Source: an uncultured Chitinophagaceae bacterium (lineage in GTDB: Bacteria; Bacteroidota; Ignavibacteria; Kapaibacteriales; UBA961). From it: 64,000 nt of DNA. The stretch is taken from NCBI GenBank assembly GCA_964527785.1, contig CAZGNO010000001.1, forward strand, positions 24,845-88,844, written 5' to 3'. Numbering within the stretch: the stretch's first letter is position 1; every line of letters starts with the position of its first letter. A program made the position numbers and the translations under genes. Shown here in pieces: positions 1 to 10,277 of this stretch. The notes under the pieces were generated by a model, which made no database searches, was not told the DNA's origin, and worked only from the letters and a program-made list of their open reading frames with translations.

Positions 1-20
1 GAAGAGTAATAGGTTATCTC

Positions 21-2354
21 ATGCGATTTTACATCTCAATTCTCATATCGGTACTTATGTTTTCTGAGTGTTTTGCAGTTATTCACGGTGATGATTCAAC
101 AACTGCAAGCTCGCCGGCACCTACGACCATGTCAGTTTCATCATTACCGCAAGAAGGTGAACTGAGTGATATTCGCTTTGAGGGGAACAGTTATTTTTCC
201 GGTGCTGTTCTTACTGATGCAATTTCGTTACGTCCTACCAACTTAAGTTTTACGCATCAGATATTTGGATTCTATTACCGCCAGTTTTCCATCAACCCTT
301 TTACTCCTACTTCATTACGTGATGCATTGGCTACCACGCTTCGCGGGTATCAAGATGAATATCGTTTCTTCGACCAAACTTCAGCAGAAAATGATGCATT
401 TACCCTCATAAATCTCTATAATCAGAATGGGTTTCATAATGCAAATGTTACATTTTCTTTTGCTTTTGACTCTACTGAACGTCTCAATATTCTTACATTT
501 CATATTGACGAGAACAAACCGTTCACTGTAGATACAATTGTATATAGCGGGCTGGACTCACTTCCCTCTGACATCCGCTCTGATCTTGTCCAGCTCCTCA
601 GTGAAGGTATACATTCTCAATTTAATGAGTCGTCTATTAAGCGGAACGCAGAGCAAATCATGTTTTTTTTACAGAATAACGGTTATTACTTTGCCGGTTA
701 CAAACAGCCGGTTGTAACTACACTCCCACCGAGTGTAAGAGATAGTATTACCATTCAGTTCATACTTGGAAACAGATGTAAGATAGGAACAATTTCTTTA
801 AAACATGATTATAGAGATCAACCTGCCGTAAGTTCTGATTTAATAGTTGAAATGCTTGATTTTCGCGAAGGTGATTGGTTCAGCCGCTCTTCATTCGCCC
901 GCTCTCAAGCTAATTTGTATAATTTAGGTACATTCGATCTTGTGATTATTGATACTTTAGGTACTACCACTAGTGGTGACGTTACTACATTATCCCTCTT
1001 GGTCTTTGTTCAATACAGGAAATTACAGGAAATTAGCGCTGCTCCGTTTATTAATCACACTACGTACGATAACTTTACTAATTTTGGGGTTGAATTAGCT
1101 TACTTAAATAGAAATCTATTCGGCGCAGCTCAATCCTTTAACTTTTTTAACAGGGTTGTATGGCAAGATTTTGGTTTTAGATTGCCTGCTGATCCACATT
1201 TTCCTTATGTTTTTACTTCTATTTCTAGAGAACTCCAAACCGGTTTTCAATTCAGCCAACCTTACTTTTTTTCATTATGGTCATGGAAAGTAGGGCTTAC
1301 TGCGCAAGCTTCATATTCGAATAGAAAAATTCAAAGTGGGCTTCCATTTCAAACAGTAGCTTTAGGTGTTACTTCACTTCCCGCCAGAATCACATTTCCT
1401 ATTACATTACCATCGTTTACTCTTTTCAATTCACTTATTTTTGAATATTCTACGGAATTGCAAAATATTGATAACATTGCTGATGTAAGTGACGATATGT
1501 TTACTCGCGGCATTGATACGTCTGTTAATGCAGACCCTGAGTCAAACGCACGAAATATAAGCGCAATAACTGAATTTCTATACCCTTATTATCAAATTGA
1601 TGCAGTAACCCAAAGCCGTTTCAAATATCTTGGATCTATTGTTTCTTTTACTGCTATAGGTGATAGCCGAAATAATCCATTTTCGCCTTTGAATGGTAAC
1701 TTTTTAGCAATAACAACTGAAGTTGCTGACGGACCTCTGTTTAGATTTTCTCGTTTTCAAACTACTTATTACAAATTTTGGAATATTGTTTCAAATGATG
1801 TCTTCGCTGTTAAGTTCAGAGCCGGGTATATTAACATCAATTTAGACGATGGAGCTTTTATACCCTTTGAAAAAAGATTTTTTGCAGGAGGAGCTAATAG
1901 TGTTCGTTCATATCCTTCACGAGCTTTATATGATAGGAAGTCTTCAAATCTAGATACAACAGTCGCTTACACAAACAATCTTACAGGTAATGGTGCAATT
2001 TTGGAAGGTAGTGTCGAATATCGCTACCGATTTGCCCGTCCAAGAGGGATAAATGCTGTATTTGCAGATCAAATAGATCAATTAGGAATAACTTTTTTTA
2101 TGGATTGGGGTAATGTTTATAATAGAATTGACCCTCTTAGCAACACATACAATTCTGCTACTCTCAATGATATTTTTAAGGGGCTGGCTGTAGGTATCGG
2201 CGCAGGCATTCGCCGTGAAACACCCGTCGGACCGATTCGAGTTGATTTTGGCTTTCGTTTATATGACCCTACTTCACCCGATCGCCTTTGGATTTTCTCA
2301 CGTGCTCCATTCAAAGATATTCAGGTTCACATCGGATTAGGTCATGCTTTTTAA
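21..2354 (+). CDS. bamA: Omp85/BamA-family outer-membrane protein assembly factor
   Basis: 777-aa ORF with an N-terminal signal peptide (MRFYISILISVLMFSECFA) and POTRA-like N-terminal region. C-terminal surface-antigen/D15 barrel (FFAGGANSVRSYP ... HIGLGHAF) ends in Phe. Confidence 0.7.
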   Translation: MRFYISILISVLMFSECFAVIHGDDSTTASSPAPTTMSVSSLPQEGELSDIRFEGNSYFSGAVLTDAISLRPTNLSFTHQIFGFYYRQFSINPFTPTSLRDALATTLRGYQDEYRFFDQTSAENDAFTLINLYNQNGFHNANVTFSFAFDSTERLNILTFHIDENKPFTVDTIVYSGLDSLPSDIRSDLVQLLSEGIHSQFNESSIKRNAEQIMFFLQNNGYYFAGYKQPVVTTLPPSVRDSITIQFILGNRCKIGTISLKHDYRDQPAVSSDLIVEMLDFREGDWFSRSSFARSQANLYNLGTFDLVIIDTLGTTTSGDVTTLSLLVFVQYRKLQEISAAPFINHTTYDNFTNFGVELAYLNRNLFGAAQSFNFFNRVVWQDFGFRLPADPHFPYVFTSISRELQTGFQFSQPYFFSLWSWKVGLTAQASYSNRKIQSGLPFQTVALGVTSLPARITFPITLPSFTLFNSLIFEYSTELQNIDNIADVSDDMFTRGIDTSVNADPESNARNISAITEFLYPYYQIDAVTQSRFKYLGSIVSFTAIGDSRNNPFSPLNGNFLAITTEVADGPLFRFSRFQTTYYKFWNIVSNDVFAVKFRAGYININLDDGAFIPFEKRFFAGGANSVRSYPSRALYDRKSSNLDTTVAYTNNLTGNGAILEGSVEYRYRFARPRGINAVFADQIDQLGITFFMDWGNVYNRIDPLSNTYNSATLNDIFKGLAVGIGAGIRRETPVGPIRVDFGFRLYDPTSPDRLWIFSRAPFKDIQVHIGLGHAF

Positions 2355-2357
2355 TTT

Positions 2358-3107
2358 TCATCCGATTAGATAACGAATTGAATCTCCATTACTAATTGTT
2401 TTGATTGTATCATTTTGCCTTACGACCAACATACCAAAGTCATCAAATCCAACTACATCCCAATTCCCTAGTTCTCCAACTACTTCTATCTTTTTCGATA
2501 CTATATTTAATTTTTCTTTCCATTCCTCAATGACCTGAAGGCGTGACATTTTTAATAGCTTTTCAATCTCCGAAATTATCATTGTTAACAGAATGTTTTG
2601 CTGAACATTCATACCCATCAGCATAAGAGATATCGCTTGAATTTCAGGTGCAAAATCTTCCTGATATACGTTTATTCCAATACCCAGAACAGTTGTTCTG
2701 ATATGATTCCCTATAAACTCATTTTCTACCAACACTCCTGCTATTTTTCTAAACACACTATCCTTGCAACATCCATATATATCATTTGGATATTTCAATA
2801 CAAATGCCGACGAAGGGGCGATTTTATCCAGTGCCCGCAGTACCGCCAAACATCCGACACATTGGTATGTCAGCATGAGCAGATTTATTTCACCTTCACT
2901 TGCATCGTGTTCTTTGCCTATGGAGAGATAAATATTTTTTCCTTCGTCTCCCAGCCACTGCTTGTTGTTTCGTCCCCTACCCTTTATTTGTAATTTTGCT
3001 GTTACTAATACGTTACTTCGATTTTCAAGTAGTTTTTTTGCAACATCATTTGTTGATGAAACGACTGAAAAACTAAACATCTCATACCCCATATATTCCT
3101 CTAACAT
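2358..3107 (-). CDS. birA: biotin--[acetyl-CoA-carboxylase] ligase (group I, no HTH domain)
   Basis: 249 aa with the biotin-ligase motif KGRGRNNKQW (GRGRxGRxW-like) and a C-terminal SH3-like tail. Confidence 0.7.
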   Translation of the reverse strand: MLEEYMGYEMFSFSVVSSTNDVAKKLLENRSNVLVTAKLQIKGRGRNNKQWLGDEGKNIYLSIGKEHDASEGEINLLMLTYQCVGCLAVLRALDKIAPSSAFVLKYPNDIYGCCKDSVFRKIAGVLVENEFIGNHIRTTVLGIGINVYQEDFAPEIQAISLMLMGMNVQQNILLTMIISEIEKLLKMSRLQVIEEWKEKLNIVSKKIEVVGELGNWDVVGFDDFGMLVVRQNDTIKTISNGDSIRYLIG

Positions 3108-3130
3108 TCTTATAAAATAAATACTTATTT

Positions 3131-4495
3131 ATGTCATCCAGCCATACTGTTTGCGCACAGGCAACTCCCCCCGGTATTTCGGGCTTAGCTGTCATTCGTC
3201 TTTCGGGTGAAGACGCATTTACAATTACGGACAAGTGTTTTCACGGAAAATCCTTACTAAATGATGCTCATAGCCATACTATTCATTACGGCAAATTTTA
3301 TGACAACAGCACCCTCATTGATACCGTAACCGCTTCGGTTTTTCGTGCTCCCCATTCATATACCGGTGAGAATACTGTGGAGATTGGTTGTCATGGCGGA
3401 GTATTTGTAACTAGTAATATTATAAATACATTAATTAAAAATGGTGCAAAAATTGCAAGACCCGGTGAGTTTACTCAACGTGCCTTTCTTAACGGGAAAC
3501 TTGACCTAACACAAGTCGAAGCTGTGGCAGATATTATCAATGCTTCGTCTGAACAAGGATCACACGTTGCAGCTCGCCAATTACTCGGCGGGTTTAAGAA
3601 GAAAGTCACTCTGATACGTCAAGAATTACTGTCAATTTGTGCTTTGCTTGAATTGGAATTAGATTTTTCCCACGAAGATATTGAATTTGTTGATAAAAAT
3701 CACCTTTCTTCTTTACTCGATAATTCAATTAGCATATGCCGTACTATACTGGAAAGTTACACATCCGCTTCAATACTCCGTGATGGCTATCGCGTAGGGT
3801 TAGTTGGTTTTCCTAATGCCGGTAAATCTACTTTATTCAATGCTTTACTTGATAAAAAACGCTCTATTGTAAGTCCAGTTGCCGGAACAACTCGTGATTA
3901 TATTCAGGATTCACTTACACTTAGCGGCATATCAATTCAGATTTATGATACTGCAGGGCTAAGACATGATTCTACCGATACAGTTGAAATAGAAGGTATC
4001 GAATTTACCCGACAGCTTCTCGAAACCAGTAACCTAATTCTTATCATCAATGATATATCTATTTCCCCTACTCACTCTTTATCTCTTTACAAGCAGCTTT
4101 CTCTACTATATCCTAATGCATCGCTCTGCTATATACAAAATAAGATTGATACTATATCTGATATTTCAATTGATACAAGCGGGTTAAGTTCCTTTTTTGT
4201 TTCATCTGTCCAATCTATTGGTATTAAAGAACTTAAAGCTTATATCGAAAAGACGGCTTCCATGAATATGGATAGAATTAATGATTTTTTACTTAACGCT
4301 CGTCACTCAAGTATTCTTACTGAAATTATCCAATCACTTGAAGCAGCCGGTCATTCCCTTACTGCCCATTATTCAAATGAATATGTTTCTGTAGATGTTC
4401 GCAAGGCAATTTATTTACTAGGAGAAATAACCGGTGAAGTTATGAATGAAGAAATTCTCAACACAATTTTTTCACAGTTTTGTATTGGAAAATAG
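3131..4495 (+). CDS. mnmE: tRNA modification GTPase MnmE (TrmE)
   Basis: 454 aa with G-domain motifs GFPNAGKST and DTAGLR, and the characteristic C-terminal CIGK. Confidence 0.9.
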   Translation: MSSSHTVCAQATPPGISGLAVIRLSGEDAFTITDKCFHGKSLLNDAHSHTIHYGKFYDNSTLIDTVTASVFRAPHSYTGENTVEIGCHGGVFVTSNIINTLIKNGAKIARPGEFTQRAFLNGKLDLTQVEAVADIINASSEQGSHVAARQLLGGFKKKVTLIRQELLSICALLELELDFSHEDIEFVDKNHLSSLLDNSISICRTILESYTSASILRDGYRVGLVGFPNAGKSTLFNALLDKKRSIVSPVAGTTRDYIQDSLTLSGISIQIYDTAGLRHDSTDTVEIEGIEFTRQLLETSNLILIINDISISPTHSLSLYKQLSLLYPNASLCYIQNKIDTISDISIDTSGLSSFFVSSVQSIGIKELKAYIEKTASMNMDRINDFLLNARHSSILTEIIQSLEAAGHSLTAHYSNEYVSVDVRKAIYLLGEITGEVMNEEILNTIFSQFCIGK

Positions 4496-4658
4496 TTGCT
4501 CTTTGATTTACATCACTTAATCATTAATTTTATATTGTTTTTCAACTATACAACTCTAAAATTTATTTCTTCAATTTTATTTACTCATATTCTTTTAAGT
4601 TGGTATTGAATTTGCGGCTTTTTTTTCACACCTTTCAAAGACTTATTTCAGGTAGATT

Positions 4659-4678
4659 AATGTTTCACGTGAAACATT
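4659..4678. repeat. perfect 20-bp palindrome AATGTTTCACGTGAAACATT, 21 bp upstream of the mnmG start
   Basis: Read directly from the sequence. It shares a GTTYCACGTGRAAC core with the palindrome at 6586-6599. Confidence 0.6.
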
Positions 4679-4699
4679 CAAATTGTGTAAATCTCTTAT

Positions 4700-6550
4700 A
4701 TGACAAATAATTTTGATGTAATCGTCATTGGCGGCGGGCACGCGGGAATAGAAGCAAGTGTTGCAACAGCAAAGATGGGTTGCAAAACTGCCCTTTTCTC
4801 TATGAATATTCATACTATTGGACGATTGTCTTGTAATCCTTCTATTGGAGGAAGTGCAAAAGGGCATCTTGCTAAAGAAATTGATGCATTAGGTGGGGTG
4901 ATGGGCATACTTGCCGATAAAAGTGGTTTACAATTTAAGACATTAAATACATCAAAAGGTCCTGCTGTCTGGTCAAGCCGCTCGCAAAACGATAAAGATC
5001 TTTACCCGCTTTTTGCTCAAGAGCTTTTACTTTCCACTCAAAACTTATCTGTAGTGAACAGCAATATTAGTGAAATACTAATTACTGATGGAAAAGTTCA
5101 CGGTGTTTTAACAGAGGATGGTGAAAAAGTTTTTTCAAAATGTGTTGTTCTATGCTCTGGCACATTTCTAAACGGTATATTATATACCGGCATGAATGGT
5201 ATTGCCGGAGGGCGGATTAACGAACAATCTTCTGTTTCGATTTCTAAAAATTTGTTGTCATACGGACTTAAAACTGGGCGATTAAAGACAGGTACTCCTC
5301 CTAGAATTGATCGTAATTCTATTGAATTTAGTATGTTAAGTGAGGTTGGAGGTGATTTGTATCCAAAACCATTCTCATTTAGAACAATGTCTGTTAAAAA
5401 TATATTAACCTGTCATCAAACTACAACAAGCGAACGAACACATGATATTCTAAGAAAAGGTTTTAGCGAATCACCAATGTTTTCAGGGTTAATTGCCGGA
5501 AAAGGACCACGATATTGCCCTTCAATAGAGGATAAAATTGATAGATTTTCTGATAAAACATCACATCAAATACTACTTGAGAGAGAAGGCATTAATACTG
5601 ATTCGGTTTATGTTAATGGCTTTTCTACCAGTTTGCCGCGTTATATTCAGGAAGAGGGTCTCCATTCAATAGCCGGTTTGGAGAATTGTAAAGTTCTGAA
5701 GTATGGCTATGCAGTTGAGTACGATTATTTCTTTCCAAATCAGTTAACTCCTTCTTTGGAAACAAAAGAAATTAACGGCTTGTTTTTTGCAGGTCAGATT
5801 AACGGAACATCTGGTTATGAAGAAGCTGCAGCACAAGGTATTATAGCAGGAATCAATGCAGCACTAAAAATATCAGACAAACCTCCATTTACTCTCAGCA
5901 GGGCTGAAGCGTACATTGGAGTAATGATTGATGATCTTATAAATAAGGAATCCGAAGAACCTTATCGAATATTTACATCACTTGCAGAATATAGATTGCT
6001 TCTTCGTCAAGATAATGCTTATAAACGGCTCAGCAGATATGGCTATAAATTGGGCTTGTTAACTCATAATGAGTTTAGTAAAATTGAGCATAAAGAAAAT
6101 TTAACCGAAGAGATAATTGGTTTAGCACACGAAACCAAAGCTACACCTACAGCAGTTAATTCATATTTAGATTCAATCGAAGAATCTCATCTTGTATCTT
6201 CAACCAATGTCAATATTATTGCGAAACGCCAAAAAGTTTCACTCGAAGCATTATTTAGTGTTACCGATACATCTCTGCCTTTCCCGACTGATATTGAATT
6301 ATTTGAAAAAGCAGAGATAGAGATAAAGTACGAAGGATATATTCAGAGGCAATTAGCAGAGGTAGCAATGTTTCATGATACAGAAAGCAAGCTAATTCCA
6401 AAGGATATTAATTATTCAGCAATTAAATCATTGTCAACCGAAGCCAGAGAAAAGTTAATCAAAATTAGCCCGGTCTCACTTGGGCAAGCATCCAGAATTG
6501 CAGGAGTTTCTTCAACAGATTTAGCAGTTTTGATGCTTTATATTCGCTAG
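4700..6550 (+). CDS. mnmG: tRNA uridine 5-carboxymethylaminomethyl modification enzyme MnmG (GidA)
   Basis: 616 aa with the N-terminal FAD motif DVIVIGGGHAGIEA and conserved GPRYCPSIEDK and FFAGQINGTSGYEEAAAQG. Confidence 0.95.
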   Translation: MTNNFDVIVIGGGHAGIEASVATAKMGCKTALFSMNIHTIGRLSCNPSIGGSAKGHLAKEIDALGGVMGILADKSGLQFKTLNTSKGPAVWSSRSQNDKDLYPLFAQELLLSTQNLSVVNSNISEILITDGKVHGVLTEDGEKVFSKCVVLCSGTFLNGILYTGMNGIAGGRINEQSSVSISKNLLSYGLKTGRLKTGTPPRIDRNSIEFSMLSEVGGDLYPKPFSFRTMSVKNILTCHQTTTSERTHDILRKGFSESPMFSGLIAGKGPRYCPSIEDKIDRFSDKTSHQILLEREGINTDSVYVNGFSTSLPRYIQEEGLHSIAGLENCKVLKYGYAVEYDYFFPNQLTPSLETKEINGLFFAGQINGTSGYEEAAAQGIIAGINAALKISDKPPFTLSRAEAYIGVMIDDLINKESEEPYRIFTSLAEYRLLLRQDNAYKRLSRYGYKLGLLTHNEFSKIEHKENLTEEIIGLAHETKATPTAVNSYLDSIEESHLVSSTNVNIIAKRQKVSLEALFSVTDTSLPFPTDIELFEKAEIEIKYEGYIQRQLAEVAMFHDTESKLIPKDINYSAIKSLSTEAREKLIKISPVSLGQASRIAGVSSTDLAVLMLYIR

Positions 6551-6585
6551 TGCTTTCATAAAATACTTCTGTTTTGAATGATTTA

Positions 6586-6599
6586 GTTCCACGTGGAAC
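6586..6599. terminator. 14-bp palindrome GTTCCACGTGGAAC followed by ACTTTTTTG; probable mnmG terminator or protein-binding site
   Basis: Lies 36 nt after the mnmG stop and has a T-run downstream. It has the same CACGTG-centred core as 4659-4678. Confidence 0.45.
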
Positions 6600-6750
6600 A
6601 CTTTTTTGTGTGCAAAAACAGCTGTTTAACGACTTTTTGTCATAAAAAGATGGTTTAAGAGTGTGCTATCGCAATTTATCCGGTAATTTAGTCAAATGTG
6701 GTTTAGATCTCATATATAAAATAATTGTAACTGTTCTGGAAAACTAATTT

Positions 6751-7701
6751 ATGAACAAAGAAGAAGCAACACTAATTGCCATAGACGGCGGTGGTTCAAA
6801 AACACGTGGAATAATCAAAAGAGCGGATGAGATTCTCTATACTATCGAAGCCGGCACAACGCGAATTGGTGCAGTAGGAGTCGGAGAATCTACTGAGAGA
6901 GTATTAAATATGGTTAGGGATCTGTGTAACAAGTCCGGTATAGACTCCAGCGAAGTTGATGCAGTTGTAGTGGGTTTAGCCGGTGTTTGGCTCGAAGAAG
7001 AAAAACAGCGTTCAACCCAACTTTTGAAAACATTGGCTCGAAACAGCAAGATTACTATCAATGATGTAATGGTAACAAGTGACGCCGAAATTGCTTTGGA
7101 AGGAGTATTAGGAGGCAGAAACGGGATTGCTCTCATAGCAGGGACTGGTACAATTACCCTTGGGAAAATCAGTAATAAGGAAGTTGTTAGATGCGGAGGA
7201 TGGGGAATCGAGCTCGATGATGAAGGAAGCGGTGCATGGATAGGTCGTGAAGGTCTCACTGCAATAGTCAGAGCTGTAGATGGTAGAAGTAAGTCAACTA
7301 AACTATTTGATATGCTTGCAGAACGTTATCCAATGGTCAAAAAAGAGCGACCACGAACTATAGTGTCCGCCTATTCAGAACGAATGTTTGAATATCAATC
7401 CCTTACTCCAATGGTGATGAAATGTGCCGAAGATGGTGATGATGTATGTTATTCAATTATTGAAACTTCGGCTCAACATTTAGTTGATGGGATTCTTGCA
7501 ATTAGACGTCAGTTTAAAAAAACAAATGAAAAAATTGAACTTGCGTGTATGGGCGGAATGCTGGAAAACGACACCTTACTTTCAAGATTACTTTATAAAA
7601 AACTGGAATCAGAAAAAAGTATTAATGTAGTAACCCCCTATGGCTCTGCATTAGATGGAGCGGTTTCTTTAGCTTTTAAATTACTTAATGATTTTGAATA
7701 A
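6751..7701 (+). CDS. BadF/BadG/BcrA/BcrD-type ATPase (N-acetylglucosamine kinase-like)
   Basis: 316 aa with the ASKHA-fold phosphate-1 motif IAIDGGGSKTRG and a later LIAGTGTI / GGWG motif. Confidence 0.6.
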   Translation: MNKEEATLIAIDGGGSKTRGIIKRADEILYTIEAGTTRIGAVGVGESTERVLNMVRDLCNKSGIDSSEVDAVVVGLAGVWLEEEKQRSTQLLKTLARNSKITINDVMVTSDAEIALEGVLGGRNGIALIAGTGTITLGKISNKEVVRCGGWGIELDDEGSGAWIGREGLTAIVRAVDGRSKSTKLFDMLAERYPMVKKERPRTIVSAYSERMFEYQSLTPMVMKCAEDGDDVCYSIIETSAQHLVDGILAIRRQFKKTNEKIELACMGGMLENDTLLSRLLYKKLESEKSINVVTPYGSALDGAVSLAFKLLNDFE

Positions 7702-7721
7702 TAACCCTTTGAAGAATAACC

Positions 7722-9014
7722 ATGAAAACCACCATCGCCATTCTATTATTTTATAGTTGCTTTTTCATATCTACACAGATAAAAGCACAAGAAGGTCCAC
7801 ACGCCAACACATTGACAGTTGAGATGTCTAGGAAACTCTCGTTGGAAATACTTGGACCAAACAGTGGACCCTTTATGCAACCATTAGTGACAACATCTAA
7901 TGCTACTGCAAATTCACGCTTCTTTCGGACTGCATTTGTACCCAAAAAGGTAGATAAACCCTATTTTCGTTTTGGAATCCATTCAATGTTTGGTTTTGTA
8001 CGTGATGATCAGAAGACATATACTCCAATAGCTCCAAGAATGACCTTTGAGCAAGTTTTGGCAGACACATCCACAGCTACAATTTCATTTACATCAGTAA
8101 CAATTAAAGACACTGCCGGGTTGGTCTTAAATATTCTTAAATATCTTTTTGATAAAGGTCTTGGTGTTGATTCAGCAAAAAGTGGTCTTAAATTCCCAAA
8201 AGAGGCAGCTACAATTTTTGGTAATAGACCTGAGACTTTTTATATAAGCAGACAATACTTTTTAGATCAAATTCAAACGGATGATCCATATTTGGCAGCA
8301 ATTTTTAGAAGTAACGCACTTAGTCAAGCTACAAAGGACTCTTTGTTGAATGCAATCAAAAGCATCCCCGAAAAATTCCCTTTACCTACAGGGGGAAATA
8401 TAAATTCAGTCTATGCTGCAATTCCGCAGTTAGAAATCGGTTCATTCTATGGCACAGAATTATTGCTACGGTTTATTCCGCCTATTGAAATTGATAAGAA
8501 TGTTGGTACTTTTACATTTTGGGGTGTAGGTGTAAAACATAGCATTTCTCAATACTTTGAAAAAACTCCTTTCGATGCTGCCATTCAATTTGTATATCAA
8601 GGAACAAATCTTACAAACAAGGTAGGTGAAACTAATGCAGACCTAAACTCAAATTCTACAATTTATGACCTAAATATTGAAGCTAGCAAAAGTTTTAAAG
8701 GAATAATTGATGTTTTTACGGGGCTTTCATATGAAACAATATCAATTTCAAATTCTTACAAGTTCTTATTGCCAGTAGAAAAACAAATTGAATTGGGATT
8801 ATTAAGAAATCCGGGGGTAGGGATACCTGCTGTTCCTGAACCACCGGAATGGCCCGGAGACCAAAAACCGCAAACAGTCTATAGTAATCTATCCGATGTA
8901 AATATTAAATTTGTACTTGGAGTCGCAAAACAAATCGGTCCTGTTACGATTTTTCTTGACTACAATATCAGCAAATTCAACATCTTCACAGCCGGTGCTG
9001 ACGTAACATTTTAA
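7722..9014 (+). CDS. hypothetical secreted / outer-membrane protein
   Basis: 430 aa with a signal peptide (…FFISTQIKAQE), beta-rich composition and a C-terminal ...GADVTF ending in Phe. Confidence 0.45.
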   Translation: MKTTIAILLFYSCFFISTQIKAQEGPHANTLTVEMSRKLSLEILGPNSGPFMQPLVTTSNATANSRFFRTAFVPKKVDKPYFRFGIHSMFGFVRDDQKTYTPIAPRMTFEQVLADTSTATISFTSVTIKDTAGLVLNILKYLFDKGLGVDSAKSGLKFPKEAATIFGNRPETFYISRQYFLDQIQTDDPYLAAIFRSNALSQATKDSLLNAIKSIPEKFPLPTGGNINSVYAAIPQLEIGSFYGTELLLRFIPPIEIDKNVGTFTFWGVGVKHSISQYFEKTPFDAAIQFVYQGTNLTNKVGETNADLNSNSTIYDLNIEASKSFKGIIDVFTGLSYETISISNSYKFLLPVEKQIELGLLRNPGVGIPAVPEPPEWPGDQKPQTVYSNLSDVNIKFVLGVAKQIGPVTIFLDYNISKFNIFTAGADVTF

Positions 9015-9041
9015 GTAGGTGTGTGAATTACATTTAATGTG

Positions 9042-9491
9042 TTATGGTTTTAACGTGTCTTTTTCTACTCGCCGTAAATAGACTGGAAAAGTATAAACTG
9101 AATCGCGCGCATTACTCCAAATCGTGTAATCAATTCGTTGCAATGAATCGGTGAGTTTTAGAGTGTTGACAGCAAGGCGTATTTTCCCTAAACCAAATGG
9201 ATTAACAGTTGAATGGATAACTGCTCCATTTGCGCAATAACAGGATGCTTTAACCCTTTTAATTTCAAGAGGTTGTCCTCCCCTATTCATAATCGTAATA
9301 TCAGTTGTTACAAACTCGGATGGTGTAAAATCCAGTTGAATAAATGAAGGTTTGATTTCAATTTCCGGCGGATAGACTGAATCATTCACAACAGTATTTA
9401 TATGTATTTCTTTATCATTTTCAGTTGCTGGTAAAAGTTCAATTGAACCAAAAACAATAACAGCAGCAAGCAGCAAATTTTGTACTTTCAT
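9042..9491 (-). CDS. DUF1573-like secreted protein
   Basis: 149 aa with a signal peptide. The motif IMNRGGQPLEIKRVKASCYCANG resembles the DUF1573 signature N.G...L.I..V..SCGC. Confidence 0.55.
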   Translation of the reverse strand: MKVQNLLLAAVIVFGSIELLPATENDKEIHINTVVNDSVYPPEIEIKPSFIQLDFTPSEFVTTDITIMNRGGQPLEIKRVKASCYCANGAVIHSTVNPFGLGKIRLAVNTLKLTDSLQRIDYTIWSNARDSVYTFPVYLRRVEKDTLKP

Positions 9492-9510
9492 ATAATTATT
9501 TTATTTTCAA

Positions 9511-10263
9511 TCACCTTACAAGTATTTCGTTAAAAACATTTGTAAAGTCAAACAGCCCTTTTTTTTTCCAAATCCATCCCGCTGCTTCTAAAGCACCCAA
9601 AGCAAATCCTCGCCTGTTCTTCGCTCGATGAGTAAGTTCTATAGTATCGGCTAAAGAATCTATATAGACAGTATGCGTTCCGGTAACCTCGCCGCCGCGA
9701 ACAGAGCTAATATGTAATTCATGTTCATTGATTTCTCCATGCATAGTTTCAGAGTTAATGCTTTTTTTCTTTCTTACTTCTTCCAAAACTATCTCAGCGA
9801 GAGATAAAGCTGTTCCGCTCGGACTGTCTATCTTACGTTTATGGTGTATTTCATGAAGGAAAACATCGTATTCCTCAACGGAGTTAGCCAACATAGCAGC
9901 TTGACGAACAACACTAAAGAACATTTGCATCCCAATCGAAAAATTTGAACCGTAAACTGCACCTATATCATTATTTTCAACACATTGGTTTATAACGCTA
10001 ATTCTATCAGCCCATCCTGTTGTACCGATTACAATGTCTTTTTTCATTGCTGCAATATATTGAACATTCTCTACAACTACAGACGGAGTAGAGAAATCAA
10101 TTGCTACATCAAAATTATCTGGGGATGAATTTGTTAATGGATTATTAATATCGAAAATAGTTGTAATCAATATTCCTTTCTCAATAGCAATTCGTTGAAT
10201 TTCCTTGCCCATAGATCCATAACCTATGAGTGCAATTTTAGGGAAATTTGTTCTATTTACCAT
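9511..10263 (-). CDS. dapB: 4-hydroxy-tetrahydrodipicolinate reductase
   Basis: 250 aa with the N-terminal Rossmann motif IALIGYGSMG and the catalytic motif EIHHKRKIDSPSGTA. Confidence 0.85.
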   Translation of the reverse strand: MVNRTNFPKIALIGYGSMGKEIQRIAIEKGILITTIFDINNPLTNSSPDNFDVAIDFSTPSVVVENVQYIAAMKKDIVIGTTGWADRISVINQCVENNDIGAVYGSNFSIGMQMFFSVVRQAAMLANSVEEYDVFLHEIHHKRKIDSPSGTALSLAEIVLEEVRKKKSINSETMHGEINEHELHISSVRGGEVTGTHTVYIDSLADTIELTHRAKNRRGFALGALEAAGWIWKKKGLFDFTNVFNEILVR

Positions 10264-10277
10264 AACAGAGTAGTTCC

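Noticed and set aside
2598-2993. 131-aa + strand ORF
   Set aside because: It is antisense to the biotin ligase gene and its sequence is low-complexity and non-homologous looking.
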